From contig CBFFRQ010000043.1 of the NCBI GenBank assembly GCA_965644315.1, forward strand, positions 1-64,000: a DNA stretch of 64,000 nt, given 5' to 3'. This DNA comes from Caecitellus pseudoparvulus (lineage: Eukaryota; Protista; Bigyra: Bicosoecida). Both the position numbers and the translations under genes were made by a program. A model generated the notes under the pieces. It made no database searches. It was given only the letters and a program-made list of their open reading frames with translations, and had not been told where the DNA came from. Numbering within the stretch: the stretch's first letter is position 1; each line of letters starts with the position of its first letter. Below are positions 47,741 through 58,832 of the stretch, in pieces.

Positions 47741-48862
47741 ATGGCCTCCACGCCAGCTGAGCCTGGCGCCAGCCAGACCACACAGCACGCCGTGAGCGGC
47801 GAGGAAAGCGCGGCAGCGCCGGCGCCTGCGCCCGCGGCCTCCACGGGCCTCGTGACCACTGCAACAGTGCCTGAGGGGGAGCATGCCCTGCAAACTCCCT
47901 GGACCTTCTGGTGCGTGCAGGGGCGGCTGCGGCAGCGGCGTGCCTGAGGCACTGCAGCACACGTCGCCTGCCAACGCTGAACACCACCCACGCCGCCACC
48001 GACACACGCGCACTCCCTGGCCTGTTTTGCAGGTATGATAAGAAGTTGAAAAAGGACGAGTATGCTGCCATTCGGGCGGAGAACCCCAGCTTGTGCGTGC
48101 TGACAGGGCCCTGCAGTCTGCCGCCACTGCTGTGCTGGCGCTGCTGCTGAGCACGCGGCGCCGCCCACCGCCATGCGCAGCAAGTGGAAGGACAACTTGA
48201 AGCAGCTGGGCACTTTCAACACTGTGGAGTCCTTCTGGAGGCACTACGTGCACCTCAAGCGCCCCTCTGCCCTGGGCAACGACATGAACCTGTACTGCTT
48301 CCGAGCGGGCGAGGCGCCCATGTGGGAGAAGTACCCCTCTGGCGGCGTGTGGATCCTGAAGCTCAAGAAGGGCGCGGGCGTCGCCTCCAAGCTGTGGCAG
48401 GACCTCCTGCTGGGCGCCGTGGGGGAGGCGTTCGCGGAGCCCACCGTGGTGGGCGTCACCCTCGCCCTGCGCATGAACGAGGACCTGCTTGGCGTGTGGA
48501 ACTCCGACAACACCAACCCTGCCGTGCGCTTCGCCATCGGCGAGAAGCTCAAGTCCATCCTCGCCCTGCCCTCTGAGCGCACCCTCATCGAGTACAAGTT
48601 CCACGCCATGAGCGTCGCTGACAAGTCTTCCTACGTCAACGCTGACGCGTTCGTGTTCACCACCGGCGGCAGCGGCCGCAGCACTGGCGGCCGGGGGCGC
48701 AACGGCGGCGGCCGCAGTGGCGGGGGGCGCTCTCGCCGCAGCGGTGGCGGCTCAGGCGGTGGCCGCAAGGGGGGGTCAGGCGGGCGCAAGGGGGGTCAGG
48801 GTGGCGGCCGCTCTGCCGGTGCTGGCGGCCGTCGCCCCGCACCTGCCTCAACGGCGCAGTAA
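47741..48862 (+). CDS. EIF4E: Translation initiation factor eIF4E family protein with Gly/Arg-rich tail, 2 introns
   Basis: HALQTPWTFWY, GTFNTVESFW, PMWE...GGVW, LWQDLLLGAVGE. Introns 47911-48032 and 48093-48180. Confidence 0.92.
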
Positions 48863-49231
48863 GCGCGCCCCCTCATGGGGTTCAATGCTGCTGCACTCCT
48901 GGTCAATGTGGGCTGCCGCGCCTGCTGGGTGCCTGGGTGGCACTGTAACGTTGCGGCGCTCCGAGCAAGCCACGCTGCGCCGCGCAGCATCCCTCCGCGC
49001 CGCCCAGCTGGACACCGCTCAGACGGTCCACGGCACAATGCAAACCCCAACGCCCAGTGGAAGCCCCTGGCCTGTGCACAGCACTCAGGGGGTGTCTGTG
49101 CAGCCAGCCGCGTCGCCCACACATGCCTGCATGCTGCTTCTTCCACTGCGGAATCTGCCAGCACAGCTGCATGACCAGCGGGTGATGCCAGCATGGCGCA
49201 CGCGAGCCCTGTCGCAGCACACGCGGCGAGC

Positions 49232-51236
49232 ATGAAGCACTACCGCTTCTTCAATGGCGTGCAGGTTGCCGATGCTGCCCTGCGGGCTGCCGCCCTGGAG
49301 GCTGTGCTGGACCAGCTGGCTTCGCTGGAAGCAGCATCCCCGTCCCTGCGTGCCATGCAAGGCATGCACGAGGGAGACGTGGGTGCCACTGGAGAGGGTG
49401 GTGGCGAGCAGTCAGAGCCGACGTTGCTGGACCTGCTGCCCACCACTGTGCGGGTCATGGCGGAGTGGTGAGAGACGGCGTGCCGAGGAGTGCGGAAAAC
49501 GCCGAGATGCACACACCCACCACGCTGCTGCATGCCACCACAGCCCGTTCCCTGACGTCACCGCCTCGTTGCGAGCCTTCCTGGACCATGTCGAAGAAGA
49601 CCTGGGCATTCCCCTGCCGGCCATTCCCGCCCCCTCCGCCTTCGCGCCCCGCGCAGTGGTGCCACACCCGCACTCCAGCACCGGCGCAGTGGCGGAGCTG
49701 TTTGAGGCGTCCTTCGTGCGTTTCGGCCGCGTGTCCCACTTCATGCAGGTGCTGGGCATGCACCCGTCGTACCTGGAGCTCTTCTCCACCACCGTGCACC
49801 ACGTCATGTACGCGCCAGGCCCACTGCCTCGCACGTGGCGGGCGTACCTCGCAGCCATGGCTGGCGCCCAGGCCCGCTGCCCCTACATCGTGCGCAGGCA
49901 GCTGCAGGCGTTCGTGGCAGACGGCGGGGACAGTGCCTGGCTGGCTGGCCTGGCGTTCGTCCCCGCCAAACTCGCCAAGCTCGCCCGCCTGAACGCCCTG
50001 CTCATGCTGCGCCCGTGGGAGATCACTTCCACAGTGCTGGGGGAGCTGCTGCATGAGGGCTTCATGAGCGTGGGGGAGCTGGTGCACGCCATCGTCGTGC
50101 TGACGACGTACCACTCCATCGCCTCCCTCGTCTGGGGCATGGGCGTGCAGCCAGAGGTGGACTGGCACGTGCAGCAGAGCCTCGCGCCGCCCTCGGCGCC
50201 GCCCCCGCAGACCCCCACACCCCGCCCAGGCAAGCAGAGCAAGGCGCCCTCAGCTGACGTGGAGGCCAGCCCCCTGGACCCACCTGTGCAGTACCACACG
50301 CGCCTCATGGCCCTGCCAGGGTCCATTCTGGACGCCCAGGCGCACGGTGGAGCTGCGGAAGCGGGGCCCTCGGTGCCGGCGCCACAAAGCTCCCCGGCAG
50401 CGAAGTGCAGTGCCGAGGCAGTGCCTGGCACTCCCATGCCGGCCCTGGCCACTGGCCACGACGACTTGAAGGCGCGCCTGGTGTCTGCGGCGGAGGGGGG
50501 GGGCGCCGGCGAGGAGGAGGAGGAGGCGGCCGCCGCAGCCACCCCCACGACACCCCAGCGAGAGGGGGAGGGCAGCGGGTACACCTCCTTCGCCGCGCGT
50601 GCTGCCATGCGCAAGGCCACTGGTGCTGCAGATGCAGCGCAGACCGGCAGCGAGCCAGCACCGGCGCCAGAAGCCGCCCCTGCTCACCAGCCAGGCGGCG
50701 CCGGCACCCACGCCGCCATGCCCGCCGATGACGGCAGCTGGCGCAAGCGGCTGACGGAGGCCAAGGTCGCATACCGCGACTTCCACATTCGGGAGGGCGT
50801 GGCCCGCCTGCGGGACTTTTCCTGGCAGGAACACGGCTTCCCCATGCTCAGTCGGTTTTACCCCTCCGTCACGCCACTGCTGGACTCCCTCGCCCTGCAC
50901 ACCTTCACCCTCACATACAACACCCTGGGCCTGGACGAAGGCCTGGACACCACGCCCTACCGCACTGCCGTGTGGTACATGGTGCAGCGCCTTTTCGGCA
51001 TGACGAACGACGACTACAGCTACGCCAACGTGAACAAGTTCCTGGAAGTGCCCACGAAACGCTACATCAAGCGCGCCGTGACGCAGCCGTGGCTGCTGGA
51101 GCCCATGGATTTCCTGTCCATTGTGGGGGGCATGACGTACGCTGAGCGGTGCCACGTGGACCTGCTGGCGGTGGAGGCCAAAAAGCAGTGCGTCATGCTG
51201 TACGTGCTGCGTGCGCTGGGGGCGCACTTCACCTGA
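49232..51236 (+). CDS. SESN: Sestrin (PA26) family protein, 1 intron
   Basis: CPFPDV after splicing 49468-49543; GRVSHFMQVLGMHPSYL, GPLPRTWRAYLAAMA, ELVHAIVVL, DFSWQEHG, ERCHVDLLAVEAKKQ. Confidence 0.9.
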
Positions 51237-51359
51237 CCCACCACTACGCACACGAACCCACACCCCTGCATGTTGTTGCCCCTGCAATGCACTCTTTGTC
51301 TGCGTGTGTGTGCGAGCAGGAGAACCTGCGTGCAGGCCCCCGCCGTCGATTGTGCGGTG

Positions 51360-52527
51360 ATGGGCACGGCGCAGTCGGGCCCGGCGCACGCCGGCCAGCG
51401 CACAACGACAGCCCTCGTCGCGACTGCGGCAGTGACTGGGGCAGCAGCAGGTGCAGCCTTGGGGGCTGCCCTCATGGCCCACTGGCTGAAAGTCGGCGAG
51501 CGGCACCCACCCCTGCACTGCCCTGCTGCCAGCGCGAAGCGCATCATTCTCGTCAGGTGCGTGCGGCGTTGACGGGGCGCCGGCCCGCCAGCTCTGGACG
51601 AGCTGCCCTGCACCTGCCCAACAGGCACGGAGAGTCGGAGGGAAACGTGGACACCGCAGTGTACCAGAGCATCCCGGACTGGAAGGTGAGGCTGAAGGGC
51701 GTGTTGGTGCAGTGCGGAAACTGGTTCACCCCTCCCTCGTCTCTGCGCAGGTCCCCCTCACCACCCAGGGGCACCAGCAGGCGTGGGAAGCAGGGGTGAA
51801 GTTAAAGTCCATCATCGGGGACGACCCAGTCATTGCATTCGTGTCCCCCTACCGGCGCACACGGCAGACACTCCTGGGCATCATTGCCGGCATGGAGGGC
51901 GCTGAGGCTGGCTCAGACGTGCAGAACGCCGAGACGTACGACCCCTGTGCCACCCACCACGCGCCCGGGACTGACGGCCCGACAGCCTCTGAGCGGGCCA
52001 TGATGCCGCTGCCCCGCCCCGGCAGCACCAAGGGCTGCAACCTCGTCATGGTGCGGGAGGAGCCCCGCCTGCGCGAGCAGGACTTCGGCAACTTCCAGCG
52101 CTCCCGCCGGCACAGCACAGCGTCGGCTGAGCGGCGCGAGTACGGGAAGTTCTTCTTTCGCCTGCCCGAGGGCGAGTCAGGTGCAGACGTGTACGACCGC
52201 GTGACGTCCTTCTTCGACTCCCTGCACCGAGTGTTCCGGTACACTGACTTCCACCCCGACACCTCTGTCATCATCGTCACCCACGGCGTAACCTTGCGTT
52301 GTTTCCTCATGCGCTGGTTCCGCTGGAGCGTGCACACCTTTGAGAGCAGCGCCAACCCCGGCAACGCAGCCTTTGTGCAGATGAAACGCGTCGGCGAAAC
52401 GTACCGCCTCACGCACGCCAGCGCAGACATCATTGGGCTGACGGGAGATACAGCCGTGCAGCGCCGCATGTTGCCGGCCGAGACGCCCCTCGCCACCCCC
52501 GCTCTGTGCCTTGCAGAAGGCTCATGA
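51360..52527 (+). CDS. Histidine phosphatase / phosphoglycerate mutase-like protein, 2 introns
   Basis: RIILVRHGESEGN after splicing 51557-51624; second intron 51686-51750; SPYRRTRQT, EPRLREQDFGN, GESGADVYDRV, VTHG. Confidence 0.9.
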
Positions 52528-53169
52528 CCTGCCCTCGTCACCCGTGTCGGGGTCAGCTGACCCCTGCCTGGAACCCGCCACGGACCACACGCCTGCCGCC
52601 ACCAGCGCCGCGCCAACTGCAACGTAGGCGTAGGACAGCCCCAGCGTGCCTGCAGCGCTGCGCCCCTCGGAGCGCAGGGGCTGCCCGCCGTTCACTGCGA
52701 CAGCCTGATCGCCCACCAGCAGAGCGACGCGGCAGCCCACAGCGTGCGCCAGGGACAACGCCTCGCCTCGCCACTCTGCAGCCTCGACGCCAGGCGACGC
52801 GCCGGGCAGTAGTGAGGTGGCGTCCAGTGCTGGGAATGCACGCTTGGCCAGCGCCGGTGTCGGCGGCACGTCGCCTTGCGCCCCCACCACCCGCATGCCG
52901 TGCTGAGGGTGCGCTACAGCGACGAGCGCGGAGCCTTCTGTCCCTGCTGCTTGCTGCAGGAAGGCAGCCACCTCAGGCAGCGGGCACCGCCCAAAGAAAT
53001 CATCTTGCAACGTCACTCCGTTCACCGTCACATGCAGGTTGTACTTGTCGGGCGCAGACAACCATGGCAGAGCTGCAGCAGCTGGGTGATGCCCACGCGA
53101 AATGCGCAGCGTGGACACGCCAACTTGCGTGCACAGCGCACGCCGAGAAAGGCCGCGCACGGCCTGCAT
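52522..53169 (-). CDS. Hypothetical protein, possible mitochondrial presequence and C-terminal TM helix
   Basis: ATG-initiated 215-aa ORF filling the intergenic gap; N-terminus MQAVRGLSRRAL; hydrophobic LGLSYAYVAVGAALVAAGVWSV near the C-terminus. Confidence 0.5.
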   Translation of the reverse strand: MQAVRGLSRRALCTQVGVSTLRISRGHHPAAAALPWLSAPDKYNLHVTVNGVTLQDDFFGRCPLPEVAAFLQQAAGTEGSALVAVAHPQHGMRVVGAQGDVPPTPALAKRAFPALDATSLLPGASPGVEAAEWRGEALSLAHAVGCRVALLVGDQAVAVNGGQPLRSEGRSAAGTLGLSYAYVAVGAALVAAGVWSVAGSRQGSADPDTGDEGRS

Positions 53170-53369
53170 ACTTGCCTACGGTGAGCATACATGTCATGGT
53201 CAGTAGGGCACAGCGTGGAGGGGGGGGTGTGCGTAAATTGTAGGAGTGGCAGTATTGGAGCGCCGAGACCTGCTGCGGGTGGGGGCGATTTCCGCAGGTC
53301 CAATACACTGCCATAGCCACAAGTGCTTCCGAACGATGCATTTGGGACCGAGGCACGACATGCACCACT

Positions 53370-56300
53370 CTACACCAGTGCGTGCATGCTGTACAGCACC
53401 TTCTGCACGGCAGTGTACTCTCGGCCGGCTGGGCCTTCCAGTACGACGCCGCCAACGCCTGCACCCTTGCCGCGCAGCAGCCGGCGCAACTGCACGCCGC
53501 CCTCCGTAATGAGGGCGCCCGCTCGGAACGAGGACGGCACGCCGGCCTCCTTCAGGCGCTTGCGCACTTCTGCCAGGCGCAGAGGCTCCCGGCGCAGCAG
53601 CAGGGCGTCGTCTCGCGCCACAGCACTGCTGGCGCCAGCGACGCCCTCCTTCAGCAGCAGCGTGCTGCCCGGGTCACCGGCACCTGCAGGGGGCGCCTCC
53701 ACCTCCCCTGAGAAACGCAGGAGGGTGTAGGGGCCCACCCTGGCGCGCCCTGCCACAGGCAGCGCATCCTTCATCATCAGCAGCGCCCACGCCGTGCCGT
53801 CCAGCGACACGGCCTGGCCAGCGGACGGCACCACGACACGCTCGCAGCCAGGCAGACCTGTGCAGGCCTCTTGCAGCCAGGCACACGACTCGGGCGTGCC
53901 GCCCACCAGCACCAGCTGCCGGGGGCTGCACTCTTCCAGGAGGAACCGCGTGCTGACACCGTCTGGCCGCCCGTCCAGCGGGATGCACAGCACGGACGCG
54001 GCCAGGGGCACAGACAGCTCCTGCGTGACTGTCTTCATGCGCCCTGCGCCGTCCGCGGACAGCATAGCCAGGTCGGCACTGCCGCCTTCACGGGTGCCGG
54101 CCGCCGCAGCCCGCGCCAGCTCCGCCAGGTGCCGCTTGAGGGCCCCCATGACACCCTCCTCCGTGACTGGCCCAGAGGCCGGATGGGGCGCGCCGCCGGG
54201 CACGGGGGGGCCAGAAGCCCCGCCTCCCCCCTGCGCCTTGGCGGCCTTGCTGGCTGCCTCCAGGAACACCGTGTCTGGCAGGACCAGCCCGTAGTCGCTG
54301 ACGGCCAGGGCTGGCTGGTCAGGCAGGCCAAACACGCCCCACTGGGCTTTGGCGCGGGGCGTGACCACTGCGGCCCGCTGGGCAGTGCGCACAGAAGGCA
54401 GCACGGTGGAGGCCAGGGTCCCTGTCGTGGCGCTGGACAGGACAGACGCTGCGCTGCCAATAGGGCCTGAGGCTGCGGCACCGCCTAGAGGGGGGGGCGC
54501 CTTGCCCTCCTCCACCCCCCCCACCTCCGGTCCACTGGCAAACCATCCCGCGATGGGGGACGCCCGCTCCGGCGCAGAGGGCGAGGCGGGGCTGCTGCGT
54601 GAGCCAAACACCGCGCCCGGGGAGGAACGAGAACGCAGCGGCTGGGGGATGCCCACTGCCGACGTGTCCAGCTCCCCGCCCATGCCCACCATGGGCAGCT
54701 CAGTCAGGTCGTCGTCGTCCACCCAGGCAAAGGTGGGCCGGGGCAGGTCCACCTCCGCCTGGCGCAAGGCACCCAGGCCGCCAGCTGAGGGGGGCGACCC
54801 CTCCCCACCCTCGTCGCCGCCGCCCTCGGCAGTGGTCGCACGAGGCGACGTGGGTCCACCCTGCTCCCCCTGCGGCACCCGCGACTGCGCGCCGCCGCCC
54901 TCCAGATTCACGTCCCCCTCCACGTCCACCTCCTGCACGCCCTCCGCCTCGTCCTGGTCACCCTCCCCCGCCTCCTGGCGAGCCTGCCGCCCCTCCTGCC
55001 GCCGGTGCAGTGCCTCTTGCCGCTCGGCCGCCGCCACCTCCTCCTCCGTCATGGGCTGCCGCGCCGTCAGCTGCACGGAGATGGTGGCAGGCGTGGGCTG
55101 TGCCTGCAGGGTGGAGCCCAGGGTGCCAGCCGGCGCGCGCTGGGAGAAGATGATGCGGTTGGCCGGCGCAGCACACCACTCCAGCAGCAGCTGCTTGGCG
55201 AAGCCGGTGGTGAGGCTGGGGAAGGATGTCACCACTGCCATCGGGCGGGGCAGTGCTGACAGCTCTGCCCGGCTGTGCACGGTGCGCACGTGGGTGAAGG
55301 TGAAGGGCGTGGACCGTGTCGCGGCGAAGCGAGCGGAGATGTCCCCCCGCATCCACTCCAGCTGGTTCCGCGTGTGCCGCAGCGTCTCATCCCCCACCCG
55401 GCTGAGGAAGACGAGGGGGAAACGCCCCGTCCACTCCGTGTCCAGGCGCAGCAGCAGCTCCAGCACCCGGGACGACGAGTCGGCAGGCAGCAGCACGTTG
55501 CCCCCCGCCGCCAGCGTGTTGAATGCCGCCTCCTTGATCAGGCGCAGCGCGACGTCCGCCTCCACAGCCCGGCGCGTGGGCAGAGCCAGGGCTGAGGCAA
55601 CGGCCGTCTCGCCCAGACCAGCCGCCTCTGCCACCGCAGGGCTGGCCCAGTCCGCCGCTGACAGCACGTGCAGGGTGTCTGTGATGAGGGCAGTGGGCTG
55701 GCGCAGGAGGGGGGCCTGGCTGCCACGGGCGGCACCAGCCAAGTGCATCTCCTCCCGGTGGTTCAGCCCCACCGCGTACAGGACACGGTCTTCACCCCGC
55801 TTGATGAGCCATTGGGCCCCACCCAGAGTGCGCCCGGCAGGCGCAGCAACGAACTCCACAGGTGCTGACTGGGACACCTTGGCCAACTGCCAGAACCGCA
55901 GTTGGATGGTGGGGCCACCTGGGGAGGGGGGGCGAAAGTGGGGTGTGGTGTTGGGCCGGGCTGACGTGCAGTGTGCCCGCTGCACGCACCCTGCTCCACG
56001 AGGCGGAAGGCGGCGTCCACATCGGCCAGGGAGAAGGAAGTGAAGTGCGACGCGTCGTGCATGCTCATGAAGGCGTCGTACAGCGCCATGAGGCCCAGCT
56101 TGTGGGAGGGGGTCGTCAAGAGCAGCTTGGCGGGGCACTCCCACTGCGAGGGTGCGTTGTGCGTGCGAAATGCACCACCGAGCTCGCGCAGCGGCCAGGC
56201 AGGTTTGCGGACCAGCCAGGGCGAGGCGCGGCCGCACACGCACCTGCCCAAAGAGCACAGGCAGGGCGCCACAGTGGTCCAAGTCGGGGTGCGAAATGAG

Positions 56301-56578
56301 CACGACGTCGATCTTCTTGGCCCACCTGCGAGCAGTCAGAGGGGGGGGGCAGCGTGCCGCCTGAGCAGGCAGCGGAAATCGACTTCCCACACGCACGCTT
56401 TCAACGGCGCGATGAGCTGCATGTCGAAGGGCTCCCTCCACCCGCAGTCTAGCAGAATCGTCATGTTCTCCACCTCCAACACATAGCAGCAGGGGTCTTC
56501 CGACAGCACGCCGTACACAGGCGTGAGCTGCACGCTCTCGGGGCTGGCCTGGCCCAGCCCGAGCTGCTGCCCGGCCAT
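53370..56578 (-). CDS. CPSF2: Cleavage and polyadenylation specificity factor subunit 2 (CPSF100), about 3 introns in the 5' part
   Basis: CYVLEVENMTILLDCGW, IDVVLISHPDLDHCGALP, AGRTLGGAQW, GGNVLLPADSSSRVLELL, QLEWM, DGRPDG, LEGPAGREY. Segments lie in different frames separated by GT-AG introns. Confidence 0.9.
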
Positions 56579-56971
56579 GCTGGAGTCGCTTGCAGCCAGG
56601 GCGGCGCAGCGACAACGCAGGCAGGGTGCGCTGTAGGGGTGGCGCAGTGAATTGGGCTGGCTTTGTGTGATTTGCCTGGCGCGCCCAGTATGCAATGACG
56701 CACGTGCACAAGAATTGCACATGAAGATACTGACGGCAGTACAACGGCACGGCATAGGCTCTCCTGTAGGCTGACCGTACGACGCTCGCTATCTGGCTGG
56801 CAGTCAAGCTCAAACGGGCAAATCCCATGCACCACATCCACATGAGGCAACGGAGACCGACAGCATCAGCTCCATCGGGGGGAGTGCCTTCATTCATTCC
56901 TGACCGAGCAGCTTCGGCCGAGCCGAGCGCGCCCAAGCGCAACCTCCGCACCAGCGGCAGAGCCACTCACC

Positions 56972-58641
56972 ATGGCTGCCCGGGCAGTGTTTTCCCGCCT
57001 GTACAGGGCCCTGCCTGCTGTGCCCTGCCTCCTGGCCATGGGGCACTGTAGCCTGGCGTGCCATGTCTCCGCGGAGGGTGGCGCAGAGGTGGGTTGCGGT
57101 GCGCCCGACCTTCGTGCACTGCACCTGCGCACCACCACGCCGGCCGCCACACTGCGCAGGACAGCAGCACGTCGTGGAAGGACACGGTGACGGGCGGGTA
57201 TGAGAACCGCCTGCGGCGGCACGCAGCCCCGGAGAAGCTGTTCGAGTACTTCTCCACCGTGCACGACGGCGAGACGGGAGACAGCTTCATGACACCCGAT
57301 GACCTGCTCCGGGCGCTGTCGCCGTACAACCCAGCCCTGCCCTCTGCCGCGCAGCAGCTGGGCACGAACAACCCCATGCTGGATGGCAAGGCCCTGGCCG
57401 AGGGCGCCTCTGCCGCGGATCTCGCGGAGTACACGGGGCTGCTGCGCAAGGTGTTGGAGGGCGGCGCTGACGCGAAAGCAGCCGCCACTGCCGCCCTGGC
57501 TCTGCGCACAGACGGCAGGGTGTCCCCGTCAGACCACGTTACTACGTTGAGTCGGGAGGGCCTGTCTGCCGCAGAGGTGCAGGCAGCAGGCGCCAAGGTG
57601 TTGCCCGGCGTGAACTGGGTCTCGGGCAAGCAGGCGCCGGCACCCGGCTCGGCGGCCGCCACCTTCGCTGCCTTGGTGGACGAGGACGGCGACGGGCTCA
57701 TCTCCTTCGGGCAGTACATGCTGTTCATCACCGTGCTGTCCCTGCCCCGCAGCCACCTGGACCTGGCCTTCCGGCTCTTCGACAGCGACGACAGCGGCTC
57801 CCTGGACCAGGCCGAGTACACCAGCATGATGGGCGTGGTGCAGGGGCGCACGCCAGCGGGGCAGCAGGTACGGGACAAGGACCTCCTGGGGCGCAACTTG
57901 GGCCGCCTGAGCTCCGTCGGCCTGCCGCCACAGGCCAGTGGCGCGGGCACGCTGTCGGACCCGAAGCAGCTCAGCCTGGGCCAGTTCCGGGAGTTCGTGC
58001 AGGGCGTGCACCAGGCCCTGCACAAGGTGGAGTTCGAGCGGTACGGCGGCATGGACGGCGGCCTCACCCCTCGTGACTTCGCCCTGCTGGTCATTGGCAA
58101 CGCGCCGCCTGCCCTGCAGCGCACGCTGCGGGATCGCCTGGCCGCTGCCTCGGCCAGTCTGTCTCGGGATGAAACCATCTCCTTCGCGGAGCTGGAACGG
58201 TACTACATGCTGCTGGATGAGCTGCCTGCCTTGCAGGTGGCCATGTCCCTGTCCGGGCCGCTGGCTGCCGCGCGCGCCAGCACGAAGGAGGGCTTGGCTG
58301 CCTCCCCTGGCACGGCTGGGGACCGGGGCCTGACGCGGGATCAGTTCCGCCTCGTCACTGGCGTCGTGCTGAGTGAAGAGTCAGCTGAGCGTGAGGGCAG
58401 GGTGCCGGCGCCTGGCTCTGCCGCCCAGCATGCCCTGGGCAAGGGCGCCACGGAGGTGCTGTATGCGCTGTTTGACGCGGACGGCGACGGCTTGCTGAGC
58501 ATTGCGGAAGTCACCGAGGCCATGCACCAGCACCGCAGCAGGGGCCTGCAGTCAGACCGCTCAGGCCAGGCACTGCAAACTGGCATCGCGGGCTTCGTGC
58601 AGTGTGTCAAGGAGGCGTTCTCTGGGCGCGAGGAGCGGTGA
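56972..58641 (+). CDS. Mitochondrial calcium uptake protein (MICU1-like EF-hand protein), 1 intron
   Basis: Presequence-like exon 1; intron 57089-57159; YENRLR...PEKLFEYFS, FMTPDDLLRAL; EF-hands DEDGDGLISFGQY, DSDDSGSLDQAE, DADGDGLLSIAE. Confidence 0.85.
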
Positions 58642-58832
58642 GCGGGCCAGGCTTTGCTCGTCCCAGCGTCAATCGTGGCTCCCGTTTGGGGGAGGGGTGG
58701 GCTCGAGCCAGGGCAGTGCGGGACGCACACCCACCCAGCAACACAATACAAACTCGCACACTTCCCCCACTCCACCTTATTGCAGCTGTGCCTGCTGAGC
58801 AGGCTTGCTGGCTGGACCTGCGAGCGCCCGGC

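Noticed and set aside
47741-51236. eIF4E next to sestrin as a TOR-pathway gene cluster
   Set aside because: Two adjacent genes in a compact genome; no evidence beyond coincidence.
53370-56966. The 1198-aa track ORF as the true CPSF2 protein
   Set aside because: Its N-terminal third reads through introns and other frames; the real start is near 56578.
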